64,000 nucleotides of DNA from an uncultured Gammaproteobacteria bacterium (GTDB lineage: Bacteria > Pseudomonadota > Gammaproteobacteria > DRLM01), in contig CAWEOA010000007.1 of NCBI GenBank assembly GCA_963810615.1, forward strand, positions 585,396 through 649,395. Direction: 5' to 3'. Made by a program: the position numbers and the translations under genes. Positions 49,242-59,151 of this stretch are shown here, piece after piece; within the stretch, counting starts at the first letter, position 1; each line of letters opens with the position of its first letter. Below the pieces are notes generated by a model, which saw only the letters and a program-made list of their open reading frames with translations, was not told the DNA's origin and did not search any database.

Positions 49242-50585
49242 CTACTCGTCGAAGAAGAAGCGCTGTTCGCCGAAGGCCGGTTTGAGATCGGACAGCCAGG
49301 TCGCTCGTTCATCGTACTTGGCGAAGAACGGCCGTTGCACCCAATCCGGATTACGGCCCTGGATAAAACGGCAGACAAATACCTTTTCGCCGGCGACCTC
49401 GGTCACGCCTTGAATCTCGACCTTGCCGGGGGTCGCCGACATCGACGGGCCCCGTACCGTGCGGGACAGTCCCGAGACCTGCTTTATCGCCTCACGGTAG
49501 ATATGCCAGGCACGCGTCAACGGCACCTCAAAATAGCGCCGGGCGCCGGTGTCTCTTTCGACGAACATATAGTAAGGAATGATCCCGAGGTGGGTTTGCA
49601 TGCGCCACATCTTGCCCCACACATCCGGGTCGTCATTGATGTTCTTGATCAACGGCGATTGACTGCGCAAGATGGCGCCGGTTTCGCGCAATCTGCGAAT
49701 CGCCTCCACCGCCATCGGGGTTTCCATCTCACGCCAATGATTGAAATGGGTCATGATCGCGACATGTTTGCCGGCCTTGATCAGTTTAGCGATCAATGCG
49801 AGCAGCTCGTCGGCATCTTCATCGGTCACGAAGCGCTGCGGCCAGAATGAAATCGCCTTGGTGCCAATGCGGATATTCTGAATATGTTCGAATTCCTTAC
49901 CCAGCAAGGGCAATAAATACTGCGTCATGTGCTTGGTCTTCATCACCATCGGATCGCCACCGGTCACCAACAGGTCGCTGATGTCCTTATGGCTGCGCAA
50001 ATATTGATGCAGATGTTCGGTCTCGTTGCTGGAGATACGCAGTTCTTTATCGCCGATAAACTGTGCCCAACGGAAACAGAAGGTGCAATAGCTGTGACAG
50101 GTCTGGCCCTGACTGGGAAAGAACAGCACCGTTTCTCGGTATTTGTGCTGCATGCCCGGCAGGGTTTCGTTATTCAAGGTCGGGACGTTGAGATCCTTCT
50201 GCCCGGCCGGATGCGGATTGAGTTTGTCGCGAATCTGCCTGGCGACGCGCTTGACTTCGAGCTGATCCGTGCCTGAACGCAGGACCTCGGCCATACGCTT
50301 AAAATCCTGTTCGGCCAACATGCCGGGCTGCGGAAAGGTCAATTGAAAGATGGGATCTTCCGGAATATTGGTCCAGTCGATCAATTCATCGATCACGTAT
50401 TGGTTCACCCGGAACGGCAACACCTTGGCCACCACATGCATGGCAAAGCGCTGCTCTTCCGGCAGGCGCCGGATCTGAGCGATCTGGTCGAGATGGCGTT
50501 CGGTATACACCTTGAAGCGCTGCGGTTCATTGAACAGCTCTTCGAACTCACTGCGTTTTCGATAAAACTGCAAAATCTTGCTCAT
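49242..50585 (-). CDS. KamA-family radical SAM protein (lysine 2,3-aminomutase-like)
   Basis: 447 aa with CHSYCTFCFRW (CxxxCxxC) and the KamA family motifs. Confidence 0.8.
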   Translation of the reverse strand: MSKILQFYRKRSEFEELFNEPQRFKVYTERHLDQIAQIRRLPEEQRFAMHVVAKVLPFRVNQYVIDELIDWTNIPEDPIFQLTFPQPGMLAEQDFKRMAEVLRSGTDQLEVKRVARQIRDKLNPHPAGQKDLNVPTLNNETLPGMQHKYRETVLFFPSQGQTCHSYCTFCFRWAQFIGDKELRISSNETEHLHQYLRSHKDISDLLVTGGDPMVMKTKHMTQYLLPLLGKEFEHIQNIRIGTKAISFWPQRFVTDEDADELLALIAKLIKAGKHVAIMTHFNHWREMETPMAVEAIRRLRETGAILRSQSPLIKNINDDPDVWGKMWRMQTHLGIIPYYMFVERDTGARRYFEVPLTRAWHIYREAIKQVSGLSRTVRGPSMSATPGKVEIQGVTEVAGEKVFVCRFIQGRNPDWVQRPFFAKYDERATWLSDLKPAFGEQRFFFDE

Positions 50586-50971
50586 TGATAGCTACTCCCG
50601 CTTGTTTAAGGCGTAGTAACTGCGGCTTACAGCTAAGTAGACGACATTGCCGCGAGGCGCTTTTATAATCGCCTGGGTGGGAGTGGCCGTTCAGTCGGCA
50701 CACGCGCAAGCCCCAGTTGTGGCACACATCACCATTGCGGTGATATGAATGAAATCAGCCTCTCATGACACACCGTGAGACAACCGACGTTTGTGGTATC
50801 GCGAAGGAACGCGAAAATATTACAAACCCCCTGCTTCGCGAGGGCTGCTTAGGGTAACAAGTATGCCTGCTTGCGTCCACTTGGCGCCCGGATAATGCGC
50901 ATCGACTCGATTCTTACCGATGGTCATTTTCATTCCAAATAATCGAAGCTCCGATAAATTTGGTTTTGTCA

Positions 50972-51007
50972 TTTCAACCCACAGGACTTACACCCTGTGG
51001 GTTGAAA
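50972..51007. other. perfect 14-bp stem hairpin in a long intergenic region
   Basis: TTTCAACCCACAGG-ACTTACAC-CCTGTGGGTTGAAA. No T-run follows on either strand. Confidence 0.4.
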
Positions 51008-51284
51008 CCATGCGATACGATGTATTGCATGGTGCTGATATCAAGGTTTCTCACGGCGCTCGAAATGACACATTACTCAGGGTTTTCCTAAATATTATTT
51101 TCCACAACTCCGCGACGGCGCCATATCATCATGGAGTGGAGATGCTGTGCTCCCCATGGCATCTCATTTCCATCCAACTCAGCACCTTGCTCATCGTTGC
51201 TCCCGGAGCCCGTCGCCAAGCAATCGGCGGCGATGCGCTTGCGTGTTATTATCTTGCGACTTCACAACATCGGAAGACCGCCTG

Positions 51285-52958
51285 GTGAAATTGCACAATA
51301 TCCTGATAGCAACCGCGATCCTGTTCCTCGCGCCGGGCTGGTGTCCTGCCGCCGCAACCGCTCCACAAGCCGCCATTGCCAGCGCCCATCCCCTGGCCAC
51401 GCGCGCGGGCATGGAGATTCTCGCCGCAGGCGGTAACGCCTTCGATGCCGCCGTGGCGGTGAGCGCCGCCTTGGCGGTGGTGGAACCCACTGGCTCCGGA
51501 CTGGGCGGTGGTGGATTTTGGTTGCTGCATCGCGCCAAAGACGGCCACGAGGTGATGGTAGACGGTAGGGAGCGGGCCCCGCTGGCGGCCCATCGCGATA
51601 TGTATCTCGATAAAAGCGGCGAGGTCATACCCCGCCTGTCGGTGGACGGACCGCTCGCTGCGGCCATACCCGGAGAACCGGCCGCCCTGGTTCATCTCGC
51701 CCGGAAATACGGGCGCCTGCCCCTGGCCAAGAGTCTCGCCCCCGCCATTCGCCTCGCCAGGGACGGCTTTGCCGTAGATGAGCATTATCGGCGCGCGGCC
51801 AAGTTTCGCCTCGAGGTGTTACGGGCCTCGCCGGCTGCGGCTGCGGTATTTCTCCAGGATAATGATGTTCCCGCCTTGGGCTATCTCATCAAACAGCCGG
51901 ATCTGGCGGCGACATTGACCCGTGTCGCCAAACTGGGCAGAGACGGCTTTTATGCGGGCCCGGTCGCGGAACGACTGGTGGCGGGTATACATGCCGCCGG
52001 GGGGATCTGGACGAAAAAGGATCTGGCGGCTTACCGCGTGCTTGAGCGCACCCCCGTCAGCGGTGATTACCGCGGTCTGCATATCACCTCCGCGCCGCCG
52101 CCCTCCTCCGGTGGGGTGGTGTTGCTCACCATGCTCAACATCCTCAGCGGCTACGATCTGGGCAAGATGGATGCGGCCACCCGCACTCATGTGATCGTGG
52201 AGGCCATGCGTCACGCCTATCGCGACCGCGCCGACTATCTCGGCGATCCGGATTTCGTCACTATACCTATCGCGCAGCTAATCAGCCCGTTCTACGCCGC
52301 GGGACTGAGGGCGGGCATCCGTCTCGACAAGGCAACCCCCAGCAGCGCCTTGCCCGGCACCGCCGTCCACCCCCAAGGCGTCGACACCACCCATTTTTCG
52401 ATTATCGACAAGGCCGGCAATCGCGTCGCCGCGACCTTGAGCGTCAACTATCCCTTCGGCTCCGGGTTCATGCCGCCGGGCACCGGTGTGGTGCTAAACG
52501 ATGAAATGGATGATTTTTCGGCCAAACCGGGCGTCCCCAATGTCTATGGTCTGGTGGGCGGTGACGCCAACGCCATCGCCCCCGGCAAACGGCCATTGTC
52601 GAGCATGACCCCGACCTTTCTCGAGGACGACAAGAAGGTGGTCATACTCGGCACTCCCGGCGGCTCGCGCATCATCACCATGGTGCTGCTGGCCACCCTG
52701 GATATCGCCGCCGGCGGCGATGAGACCTCAGCCGTCAGTGTCAAACGCTTCCATCACCAATTTCTCCCCGATGTCATCCAATATGAACCGGGCGCCTTGA
52801 CGCCTGCCGTGGTCACGGCCCTGCAGGACCAAGGACATCAGCTCAAGGAACTGGGACATACTTACGGCAACATGCAGCTGGTGTGGTGGGATAAGCGCCA
52901 GCGGCGCGCCTCCGCCGCCAGCGACCCGCGTGGCAATGGCCTGGCGCTCGCACAGTAA
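51285..52958 (+). CDS. ggt: gamma-glutamyltransferase
   Basis: A GTG start gives the signal peptide MKLHNILIATAILFLAPGWCPAAA, with a GGAAG RBS upstream. GGT family motifs include the autoprocessing Thr in TTHFSIID. Confidence 0.85.
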   Translation: MKLHNILIATAILFLAPGWCPAAATAPQAAIASAHPLATRAGMEILAAGGNAFDAAVAVSAALAVVEPTGSGLGGGGFWLLHRAKDGHEVMVDGRERAPLAAHRDMYLDKSGEVIPRLSVDGPLAAAIPGEPAALVHLARKYGRLPLAKSLAPAIRLARDGFAVDEHYRRAAKFRLEVLRASPAAAAVFLQDNDVPALGYLIKQPDLAATLTRVAKLGRDGFYAGPVAERLVAGIHAAGGIWTKKDLAAYRVLERTPVSGDYRGLHITSAPPPSSGGVVLLTMLNILSGYDLGKMDAATRTHVIVEAMRHAYRDRADYLGDPDFVTIPIAQLISPFYAAGLRAGIRLDKATPSSALPGTAVHPQGVDTTHFSIIDKAGNRVAATLSVNYPFGSGFMPPGTGVVLNDEMDDFSAKPGVPNVYGLVGGDANAIAPGKRPLSSMTPTFLEDDKKVVILGTPGGSRIITMVLLATLDIAAGGDETSAVSVKRFHHQFLPDVIQYEPGALTPAVVTALQDQGHQLKELGHTYGNMQLVWWDKRQRRASAASDPRGNGLALAQ

Positions 52959-53131
52959 ATTTAGAACCTGTAGCGCAAGCTATTCGCACTGCCGCGACGT
53001 TCTTGCGTTCACCACCGATTATTTTTAGTCGAGCATCCGACACCAATAGCGCAAAACTGTTTTCATCACAGCCACTCTAAAAGAGACCGCAGTCCGCTTT
53101 TGCCATATTGAATTTCAGGAAGGAGCGCACC

Positions 53132-53830
53132 ATGCCCAGCATACTCATCACCGGCAGCAACCGCGGCCTGGGGCTGGAATGGACCCGTCAATTCGCTATG
53201 GACGATTGGCGTGTCTATGCCAGCTGCCGCCATCCGGCCGAGGCCGGGGAACTGCATAAACTATCCGAACAATTTCCCAATCTCAGCCTCCACCGCCTGG
53301 ACGTAACCCGTCAGGATGAAATCCAAGCACTGGCGGCAGAGCTGGCGGATCACAGCATCGATATTCTGCTGAATAATGCCGGCGTGTATTTGGAGAAATA
53401 CGAGTCGACGGTCGCTGCCGGCCTGTCTTATGACGATTGGCTGTATACCTTAGCGGTAAATACCCTCGGCCCGATGCGGGTCAGCGAGGCCTTCACCCCG
53501 CACCTGGCACGCGGCAGGCACCGCCTGATACTCGCCATCACCAGCCATATGGGCAGCATCGCCGAAATCAACAGTCCCGGCAGCTACTACTATCGCTCCA
53601 GCAAGGCGGCCTTGAACGCCAGCATGAAAGGACTGTCTCTGGAATTAAAGATGCAGGGCATCGGCGTCCTGCTTCTGCATCCCGGTTGGGTACAGACCCG
53701 CATGGGCGGACCCGGCGCCAACATCAGCACTGCCCAAAGCGTCATGGGAATGCGTGACATTGCAGGGCGTTTTAAGCCGACCGACAGCGGCCGTTTCTTC
53801 CGTTACAACGGCACCGAAATCCCCTGGTAA
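53132..53830 (+). CDS. SDR-family short-chain dehydrogenase/reductase
   Basis: Start is placed at MPSILITGSNRGLGLE (the TGxxxGxG motif). A YxxxK motif (YYYRSSK) is present. Confidence 0.8.
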   Translation: MPSILITGSNRGLGLEWTRQFAMDDWRVYASCRHPAEAGELHKLSEQFPNLSLHRLDVTRQDEIQALAAELADHSIDILLNNAGVYLEKYESTVAAGLSYDDWLYTLAVNTLGPMRVSEAFTPHLARGRHRLILAITSHMGSIAEINSPGSYYYRSSKAALNASMKGLSLELKMQGIGVLLLHPGWVQTRMGGPGANISTAQSVMGMRDIAGRFKPTDSGRFFRYNGTEIPW

Positions 53831-53997
53831 CGATCCGCTAATCCGATGCGTAGTGCTGACGTATGGACCAGAAATGCATGTTATTATTGGCGTCTGTTTC
53901 GTATCTCCCTGGGATTATCTACCTGTTCAACAAAATACAATCCAGGTGGCAAGCGGAGCGCATCGGCAATCCAATAATCAATAATCGGAGCCCAGCA

Positions 53998-54381
53998 ATG
54001 AAAAAACCAGGCATATTGTTATTTGCAGTCCTGCTAATGCCGCTACTCTGCTGGGGTGCGGACAGCAGAGGTAACTTCGGAAGCTCTTTGCCCGCGGATC
54101 TCAAGTATTGCGACAATTACCTGGATGCTCTGGATTCCTGTGTAAGTGGACATTGCTATAAACAAAATATGTACAATGCCTGGCTCTTCGGTTACGTTAC
54201 CGCGTATAACGCCTATGTTGACGACACCTTCAACATCCTGGGCGGCAGGGACTCGGCGTCCTTAAATTATTGGCTGGCCAATTATTGCAAAAAGAATCCG
54301 CACAACTCCTTTGATACGGCGGTAGGCCACTTGATGGTCGAACTGGCGCCCCAGCGGATAAAACAAAAGTCCGGAGATTAG
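53998..54381 (+). CDS. small secreted Cys-containing hypothetical protein
   Basis: Start is placed at MKKPGILLFAVLLMPLLCWGA (a signal peptide). 127 aa with 5 Cys in the mature part. The local GC is lower than the flanks. Confidence 0.5.
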   Translation: MKKPGILLFAVLLMPLLCWGADSRGNFGSSLPADLKYCDNYLDALDSCVSGHCYKQNMYNAWLFGYVTAYNAYVDDTFNILGGRDSASLNYWLANYCKKNPHNSFDTAVGHLMVELAPQRIKQKSGD

Positions 54382-54819
54382 GGCAACAAGGAAAAATCGA
54401 TTCGGCGTTGGGCATCGCTGCTTGAACTCCGATTTTATTCAGCTTTTCCTCCGCCCGACGGAAGAGATGATCGCCCAGTCGGATTCGGTATCCTCCGCGC
54501 CTTAAGTCTTGCTTTTCGCATGAACCAGTTCTCTCATGCACTTCCCCCTTCCCCGCTGAACACCGTAGCAATCGCTATCATTCCATACCAGACCGCGATG
54601 TAGGTCAAGGCCAGACAAGCACTTAACGGGTAAATGCATGAACCCGAATCGGCCACCTAATTTACGGTTTAGTCTTTCCGGAAAGGGCCGTTAATATCCC
54701 TAGTCGGCTTATGGTGTATGGCCATTGGGTATTTCAGCAATCACAAAGGCTAAATCCATGTTGCTATTTGCGGCCTCCAGGCATGGAGTAAATATTAATA
54801 ATAATGACGAAAAGTAAAA

Positions 54820-55920
54820 ATGAGTAAGCACACAGCAACGTCAGGCAATCTGAGCATAGTACAAGAAGAACTTCGAGGTTTTTCCCGCAGCTTCGCCGAG
54901 CTTGAATGGTTGATGCTGATACTATGCTTATTATATTTATTCGTGCCCGGCGCCGAAATCGATAATCGATCAAGCGTAATCCAGGCCATGCTTGGCTTTG
55001 CCTGTTTCGTATTAATATTCCGCTATACCAATTTTTACCGCGCAGAGACACGCTGGAAACTGGCGATAGAAACGTGGGGCATGATCATTTTCATCAGCTG
55101 GATGATATGCCACACCGGAATGGTGCAAAGTCCATTGATTAACCTCTATCTGCTCGTCATCATCGCTTGCGCCTTGACGCTCGGAAAACTCATTACGCTC
55201 ATGGAGCTCACGCTCATTTCCTGCTGGTATCTGTACATGGCCTTTATTTCGTACGGAGATGACGTATTCTCACTCAAGACCTTCAGCGAACTGATGTCCA
55301 CCTTCAGCCCCTTCGTACTGGTGGGTTACCTGACCACGATGCTGTCGTCCGACATTCATTACGCCAGACAGCAGATTGTAGCGGCATCTGAAACCGATGA
55401 ATTGACCAAGCTACCCAATATGCGCGCATTCAACGCCCTGTTGCAAAAGGAAAACACGCGCTTTAGGCGCTACAACAAACCCTTTTCCATCATGATGATC
55501 GACATTGACGAGTTGAAGTCAGTGAACGACCGTTTCGGACATGAGACAGGCAATCGTTTGATTATCATGGCGGCGAACAGCATCAATGAGCGTACGCGCA
55601 GCGCCGATGTGGTGGCGCGTTATGGCGGAGACGAATTTGTTATGCTGCTGCCGGAAACCGATGCCGGTCAACTCCAGGATCTGGCGGAACGCATCCGTAC
55701 CGCGGTTGAAAACACGGCCTTTGACGAACAAGGACAGCGCGTGTCCACCACCGTGAGCATCGGCGTCGCAAGCTGTCCCAGCGATGCGGTTTCACCCCAG
55801 GATTTGATCCACAAGGCGGACTCGGCGCTGTATCACAGCAAACGTGCCGGTAGAAACCGCACCACCATCTGGCGACAGGGTCAGGAAGCGATGGCTGAAC
55901 AGGCCTCGCCCAGTCACTAG
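54820..55920 (+). CDS. membrane-anchored GGDEF-domain diguanylate cyclase
   Basis: An N-terminal ~6-TM domain, then a GGDEF domain with RYGGDEF and an I-site-like RxxD (RSAD). Confidence 0.8.
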   Translation: MSKHTATSGNLSIVQEELRGFSRSFAELEWLMLILCLLYLFVPGAEIDNRSSVIQAMLGFACFVLIFRYTNFYRAETRWKLAIETWGMIIFISWMICHTGMVQSPLINLYLLVIIACALTLGKLITLMELTLISCWYLYMAFISYGDDVFSLKTFSELMSTFSPFVLVGYLTTMLSSDIHYARQQIVAASETDELTKLPNMRAFNALLQKENTRFRRYNKPFSIMMIDIDELKSVNDRFGHETGNRLIIMAANSINERTRSADVVARYGGDEFVMLLPETDAGQLQDLAERIRTAVENTAFDEQGQRVSTTVSIGVASCPSDAVSPQDLIHKADSALYHSKRAGRNRTTIWRQGQEAMAEQASPSH

Positions 55921-55938
55921 CAATCGTTGTGGTTTAGT

Positions 55939-57477
55939 TCACTCTATGGCCGGCTGCAGAGCAGCAGTCGGCGTTTTATTATTGGCCCCCTTCAACAGCA
56001 AGACCAACGGCAGCGCACCCAGCGTAATCCACATCATCAAACGAAAGTCCTGCAGATAGGCTAATGTCGCCGCCTGACGAGTGACCTCGGCATTGATGGC
56101 CGCCAGTCCTTGTGGTGTTGCTAGGTTAAATGCTCCGCTCTCAACGGCTTGCCGTAGGGGTAAATTGAAGGGATTGATGTGCTGGGAAAATACGGCGTGA
56201 TTGCCCTGGATATTCTCCGCGAGCCGGGTCATAACCACGGAAATACCGATACTGCTGCCGATATTGCGCATCAAACTGAACAGGGCGGTACCTTCGTTGC
56301 GGAAATGCGCCGCCAGTGTCGAGAATGAAATGGTCGACAAGGGCACGAAAATAAAACCCAGACCCAGACCCTGGGTAATCCCGGTACGCACGATATCCCA
56401 GCCGGTGATATCCAGGTTGAAGTTCGTCATTTCCCACAATGACAGTGAAGTCAAAAGCAGTCCCAGAAATATAAGATAACGACTATCCAACCTACCGGAC
56501 AGTCGACCCACCGTCATCATGGCGATCATAGTGCCCACGCCGCGCGGCGCCAGCAGCAATCCAACATCGACCACCGGATAATCCATCAAATTCTGCAAAA
56601 ACGGCGGTAACAAGGCCATGGTGGCGAGTAGAATCACTCCCACAATAAAAATGAAGAACAGGCCAACGCTGAAATTACGGTCCTTGAACAATTGCGGTTC
56701 CAGGAAGGGATGATCGGAGGTAAACATATGGGCAATAAACAGGTAGATGAACACTCCACTCAGTACCGCCTCGATAATAATCTCGCGGCTCGCAAACCAA
56801 TCCAGGGATTCACCGCGATCGAGCATCATCTGCAAGGCGCCGATGCCCAGACTGATAAAGGCGAATCCCAACACATCGAAACGCCGTGAACGGTCAGTGG
56901 GCGTCTCTTGGACAAAGACCGCCAGGCCAAACCATGCCAGCAATCCAAGCGGCAGGTTGATGTAAAACACCCAGCGCCAGCTATAGTACTCGGTGAGCCA
57001 GCCGCCCAATGTCGGCCCCAGGATTGGCCCGATCATCACCCCGACTCCCCACATCGCCATGGCCGAAGCATGTTTTTCGCGCGGGTAGGTGTCGAGCAGC
57101 ACCGCCTGTGACAAGGGCACCAGACTGGCGCCGAAGATGCCTTGCAGCAGCCGGAACAAGACGATCTGATTGAGATTCTGCGCCATGCCGCACAACATCG
57201 AAGTCAGCGTAAAGCCGATCACCGACCATACGAACAGGCGCTTGCGGCCCAAACGCGCGCTCAGAAAACCGGTAAGCGGCATAAATATCGCGGCGGCCAC
57301 GATATACGATGTCAGCACCCATGAAATCTGATCCTGCGTCGCCGACATACTGCCCTGCATATGCGGCAACGCCACGTTGGCAATCGTGGTATCCACTCCC
57401 TGCATAATGGTGGCTAACATCAAGGACACGGTTATGAAGCCTTGATGCGAGGCGGACCCGGGCTCACCGACTGTCAT
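55939..57477 (-). CDS. emrB: MFS DHA2-family multidrug efflux transporter (EmrB-like)
   Basis: 512 aa and 14 TM. The N-terminal motif is MQGVDTTIANVALPHMQGS. Confidence 0.85.
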   Translation of the reverse strand: MTVGEPGSASHQGFITVSLMLATIMQGVDTTIANVALPHMQGSMSATQDQISWVLTSYIVAAAIFMPLTGFLSARLGRKRLFVWSVIGFTLTSMLCGMAQNLNQIVLFRLLQGIFGASLVPLSQAVLLDTYPREKHASAMAMWGVGVMIGPILGPTLGGWLTEYYSWRWVFYINLPLGLLAWFGLAVFVQETPTDRSRRFDVLGFAFISLGIGALQMMLDRGESLDWFASREIIIEAVLSGVFIYLFIAHMFTSDHPFLEPQLFKDRNFSVGLFFIFIVGVILLATMALLPPFLQNLMDYPVVDVGLLLAPRGVGTMIAMMTVGRLSGRLDSRYLIFLGLLLTSLSLWEMTNFNLDITGWDIVRTGITQGLGLGFIFVPLSTISFSTLAAHFRNEGTALFSLMRNIGSSIGISVVMTRLAENIQGNHAVFSQHINPFNLPLRQAVESGAFNLATPQGLAAINAEVTRQAATLAYLQDFRLMMWITLGALPLVLLLKGANNKTPTAALQPAIE

Positions 57478-57486
57478 AGCCGCGGC

Positions 57487-58566
57487 CTACAGGCTAAGAC
57501 CGAGAAAGTGCCGATGGTGACCGGTGTCGATCTCCACCGATGAACTCAAACCCGCGCGCAGCGCCGGCAGGTTCGCCTCGTCGTCCAGACGGATGCGTAC
57601 CGGTACGCGCTGCACGATCTTCACCCAATTACCGATGGCGTTCTGCGCGGGGATCACCGCAAACTCCGCTCCGGTGGCGGGACTGAGACTATCGACAACG
57701 CCTTGTATTTTTCTATTCGGATAGGTATCGATCTGCAGCTTCACTTGCTGGCCGGGACGGATATAGGTCAGATCGGTTTCATTGATATTGGCCTCGACCC
57801 ATAAATGCTTATTGGCCACCAAGACCATGGCAGCGTTACCGGCCTTGATATATTGTCCGGGCTCTGGAAGCTTGCTCACGCTGCCGGGCAGCGAGGCACG
57901 TATCTCGGCATGCTGCAGATCAAACCGAGCCTGATCCAGATCCGCCAGGGCGGCTTGATAATCCGGATGTTTCTCAATGGGCGTATCGATGCCGCCAGCC
58001 AATGCCTGGGCGATGCGCTTCAAGTCTTGTTGCAGAGTGACAATCTCTTGCGCGGTGATCTTGGCGTTATGTTTAACCTCATCCAGTTTTGATGCGGAAA
58101 CAAAACTTTTCAGGGCCAGATCAGTTGCGCGCCGCTGTTCCTTGACGGCGTAATCATGATTACTTCTAGCAACGGCAATCTCGGCCTGCTTCTCCCTATA
58201 ACTTGCCTTCAGCGCTTTGAGAGTGGTACGCACTTGTCCCAGTCTGGCTTCGGCTTTGGCCTCCTCCACGCGAAACGGCCTAGGATCGAGGCGAAAGAGG
58301 ATCTGCCCCGCTTTCACCACCTGGTTTTCCTTCACCAGAACATCCTTAATTGTTCCTGATACCTCGACACTGACTGGGACAATATCCGCCTTGAGATAGG
58401 CATCGTCCGTTGCGACGTAGCGCCCGCCCTTGAGGTATACGACAGCAGAGATCACGGCAATCACTGCCGGAACGACGATCAACAATACCCAGCGTCTTCC
58501 CCGCCTAGAGGATGGGCGCGCCTCGGGAAGAACGGCTGTTGAGGAATTCGATGTGCTGTTGTCCAT
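57487..58566 (-). CDS. emrA: HlyD-family efflux membrane fusion protein (EmrA-like)
   Basis: A single N-terminal TM, a coiled-coil and the HlyD beta-barrel region. Confidence 0.85.
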   Translation of the reverse strand: MDNSTSNSSTAVLPEARPSSRRGRRWVLLIVVPAVIAVISAVVYLKGGRYVATDDAYLKADIVPVSVEVSGTIKDVLVKENQVVKAGQILFRLDPRPFRVEEAKAEARLGQVRTTLKALKASYREKQAEIAVARSNHDYAVKEQRRATDLALKSFVSASKLDEVKHNAKITAQEIVTLQQDLKRIAQALAGGIDTPIEKHPDYQAALADLDQARFDLQHAEIRASLPGSVSKLPEPGQYIKAGNAAMVLVANKHLWVEANINETDLTYIRPGQQVKLQIDTYPNRKIQGVVDSLSPATGAEFAVIPAQNAIGNWVKIVQRVPVRIRLDDEANLPALRAGLSSSVEIDTGHHRHFLGLSL

Positions 58567-58594
58567 GTAACTCGCTTTACACTAATTTGTATCG

Positions 58595-59020
58595 TCAACG
58601 CGCACCAAGGTTGTCGCGCACCTTTCTCAAGGCCATCATCACTTGCGCGGCCTCCTTGGCGCTAAAACCCTGCAGGGCATCGATCCGGATCGCTTCTCCA
58701 ACCCGCTGAATGGCATCCAGCTGTGGAGCGGCCGCGGTGGTCAGGAATAATTGGTAGGCGCGTCTATCATGCGGGTCGTTGCGGCGCTCGACTAAACCGC
58801 CCGCCGCCAGTTGGTCGATGAGCCGCGCCAGGGTAATCGGCTGGATTTCCAGCAACTCGGCCAGATCCACCTGGCGGATACCCTGATGTCGCGAAATCCG
58901 CACCAGCGTCCGCGCCTGGGCCAAGGTCAGTTCACTGCCTTCCAGGCGCTGCTGGAAGGCGCGGCGCATCAGCCGAGAAACGTCGGCCAAAAGAAATCCC
59001 AGTGTGTCCTGTTGCCCCAT
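58595..59020 (-). CDS. emrR: MarR-family transcriptional regulator (EmrR-like)
   Basis: 141 aa with a wHTH, positioned upstream of emrA-emrB. Confidence 0.8.
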   Translation of the reverse strand: MGQQDTLGFLLADVSRLMRRAFQQRLEGSELTLAQARTLVRISRHQGIRQVDLAELLEIQPITLARLIDQLAAGGLVERRNDPHDRRAYQLFLTTAAAPQLDAIQRVGEAIRIDALQGFSAKEAAQVMMALRKVRDNLGAR

Positions 59021-59042
59021 TATTTAATAACTATTGCATATA

Positions 59043-59072
59043 ATAAGTAATACTTATTATTTTAGCGGCGCA
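59043..59072. promoter_or_regulatory. perfect palindrome AATAAGTA-A-TACTTATT (candidate MarR operator) overlapping a 19-nt motif repeated at 19468-19486
   Basis: 59043-59059 is a perfect 8+1+8 palindrome. CTTATTATTTTAGCGGCGC at 59054-59072 is identical to 19468-19486. Confidence 0.35.
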
Positions 59073-59151
59073 TATCAATGCTGTCAAATCGCCCTGCAAG
59101 CACAATTAGAAATTGTAAATCAATAGATTAGAATAAATCTAGCAGATCTCC

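Noticed and set aside
50920-51288. 122-aa plus-strand ORF in the kamA-ggt intergenic region
   Set aside because: It has no RBS and odd composition, it overlaps the perfect hairpin, and its end overlaps the ggt signal-peptide start. It is more likely non-coding.
54382-54819. Structured 440-nt spacer upstream of the GGDEF gene with paired GATTCGG and CATGAAC motifs
   Set aside because: The repeats are short and imperfect. They are insufficient to call an element without RNA-seq or an Rfam scan.
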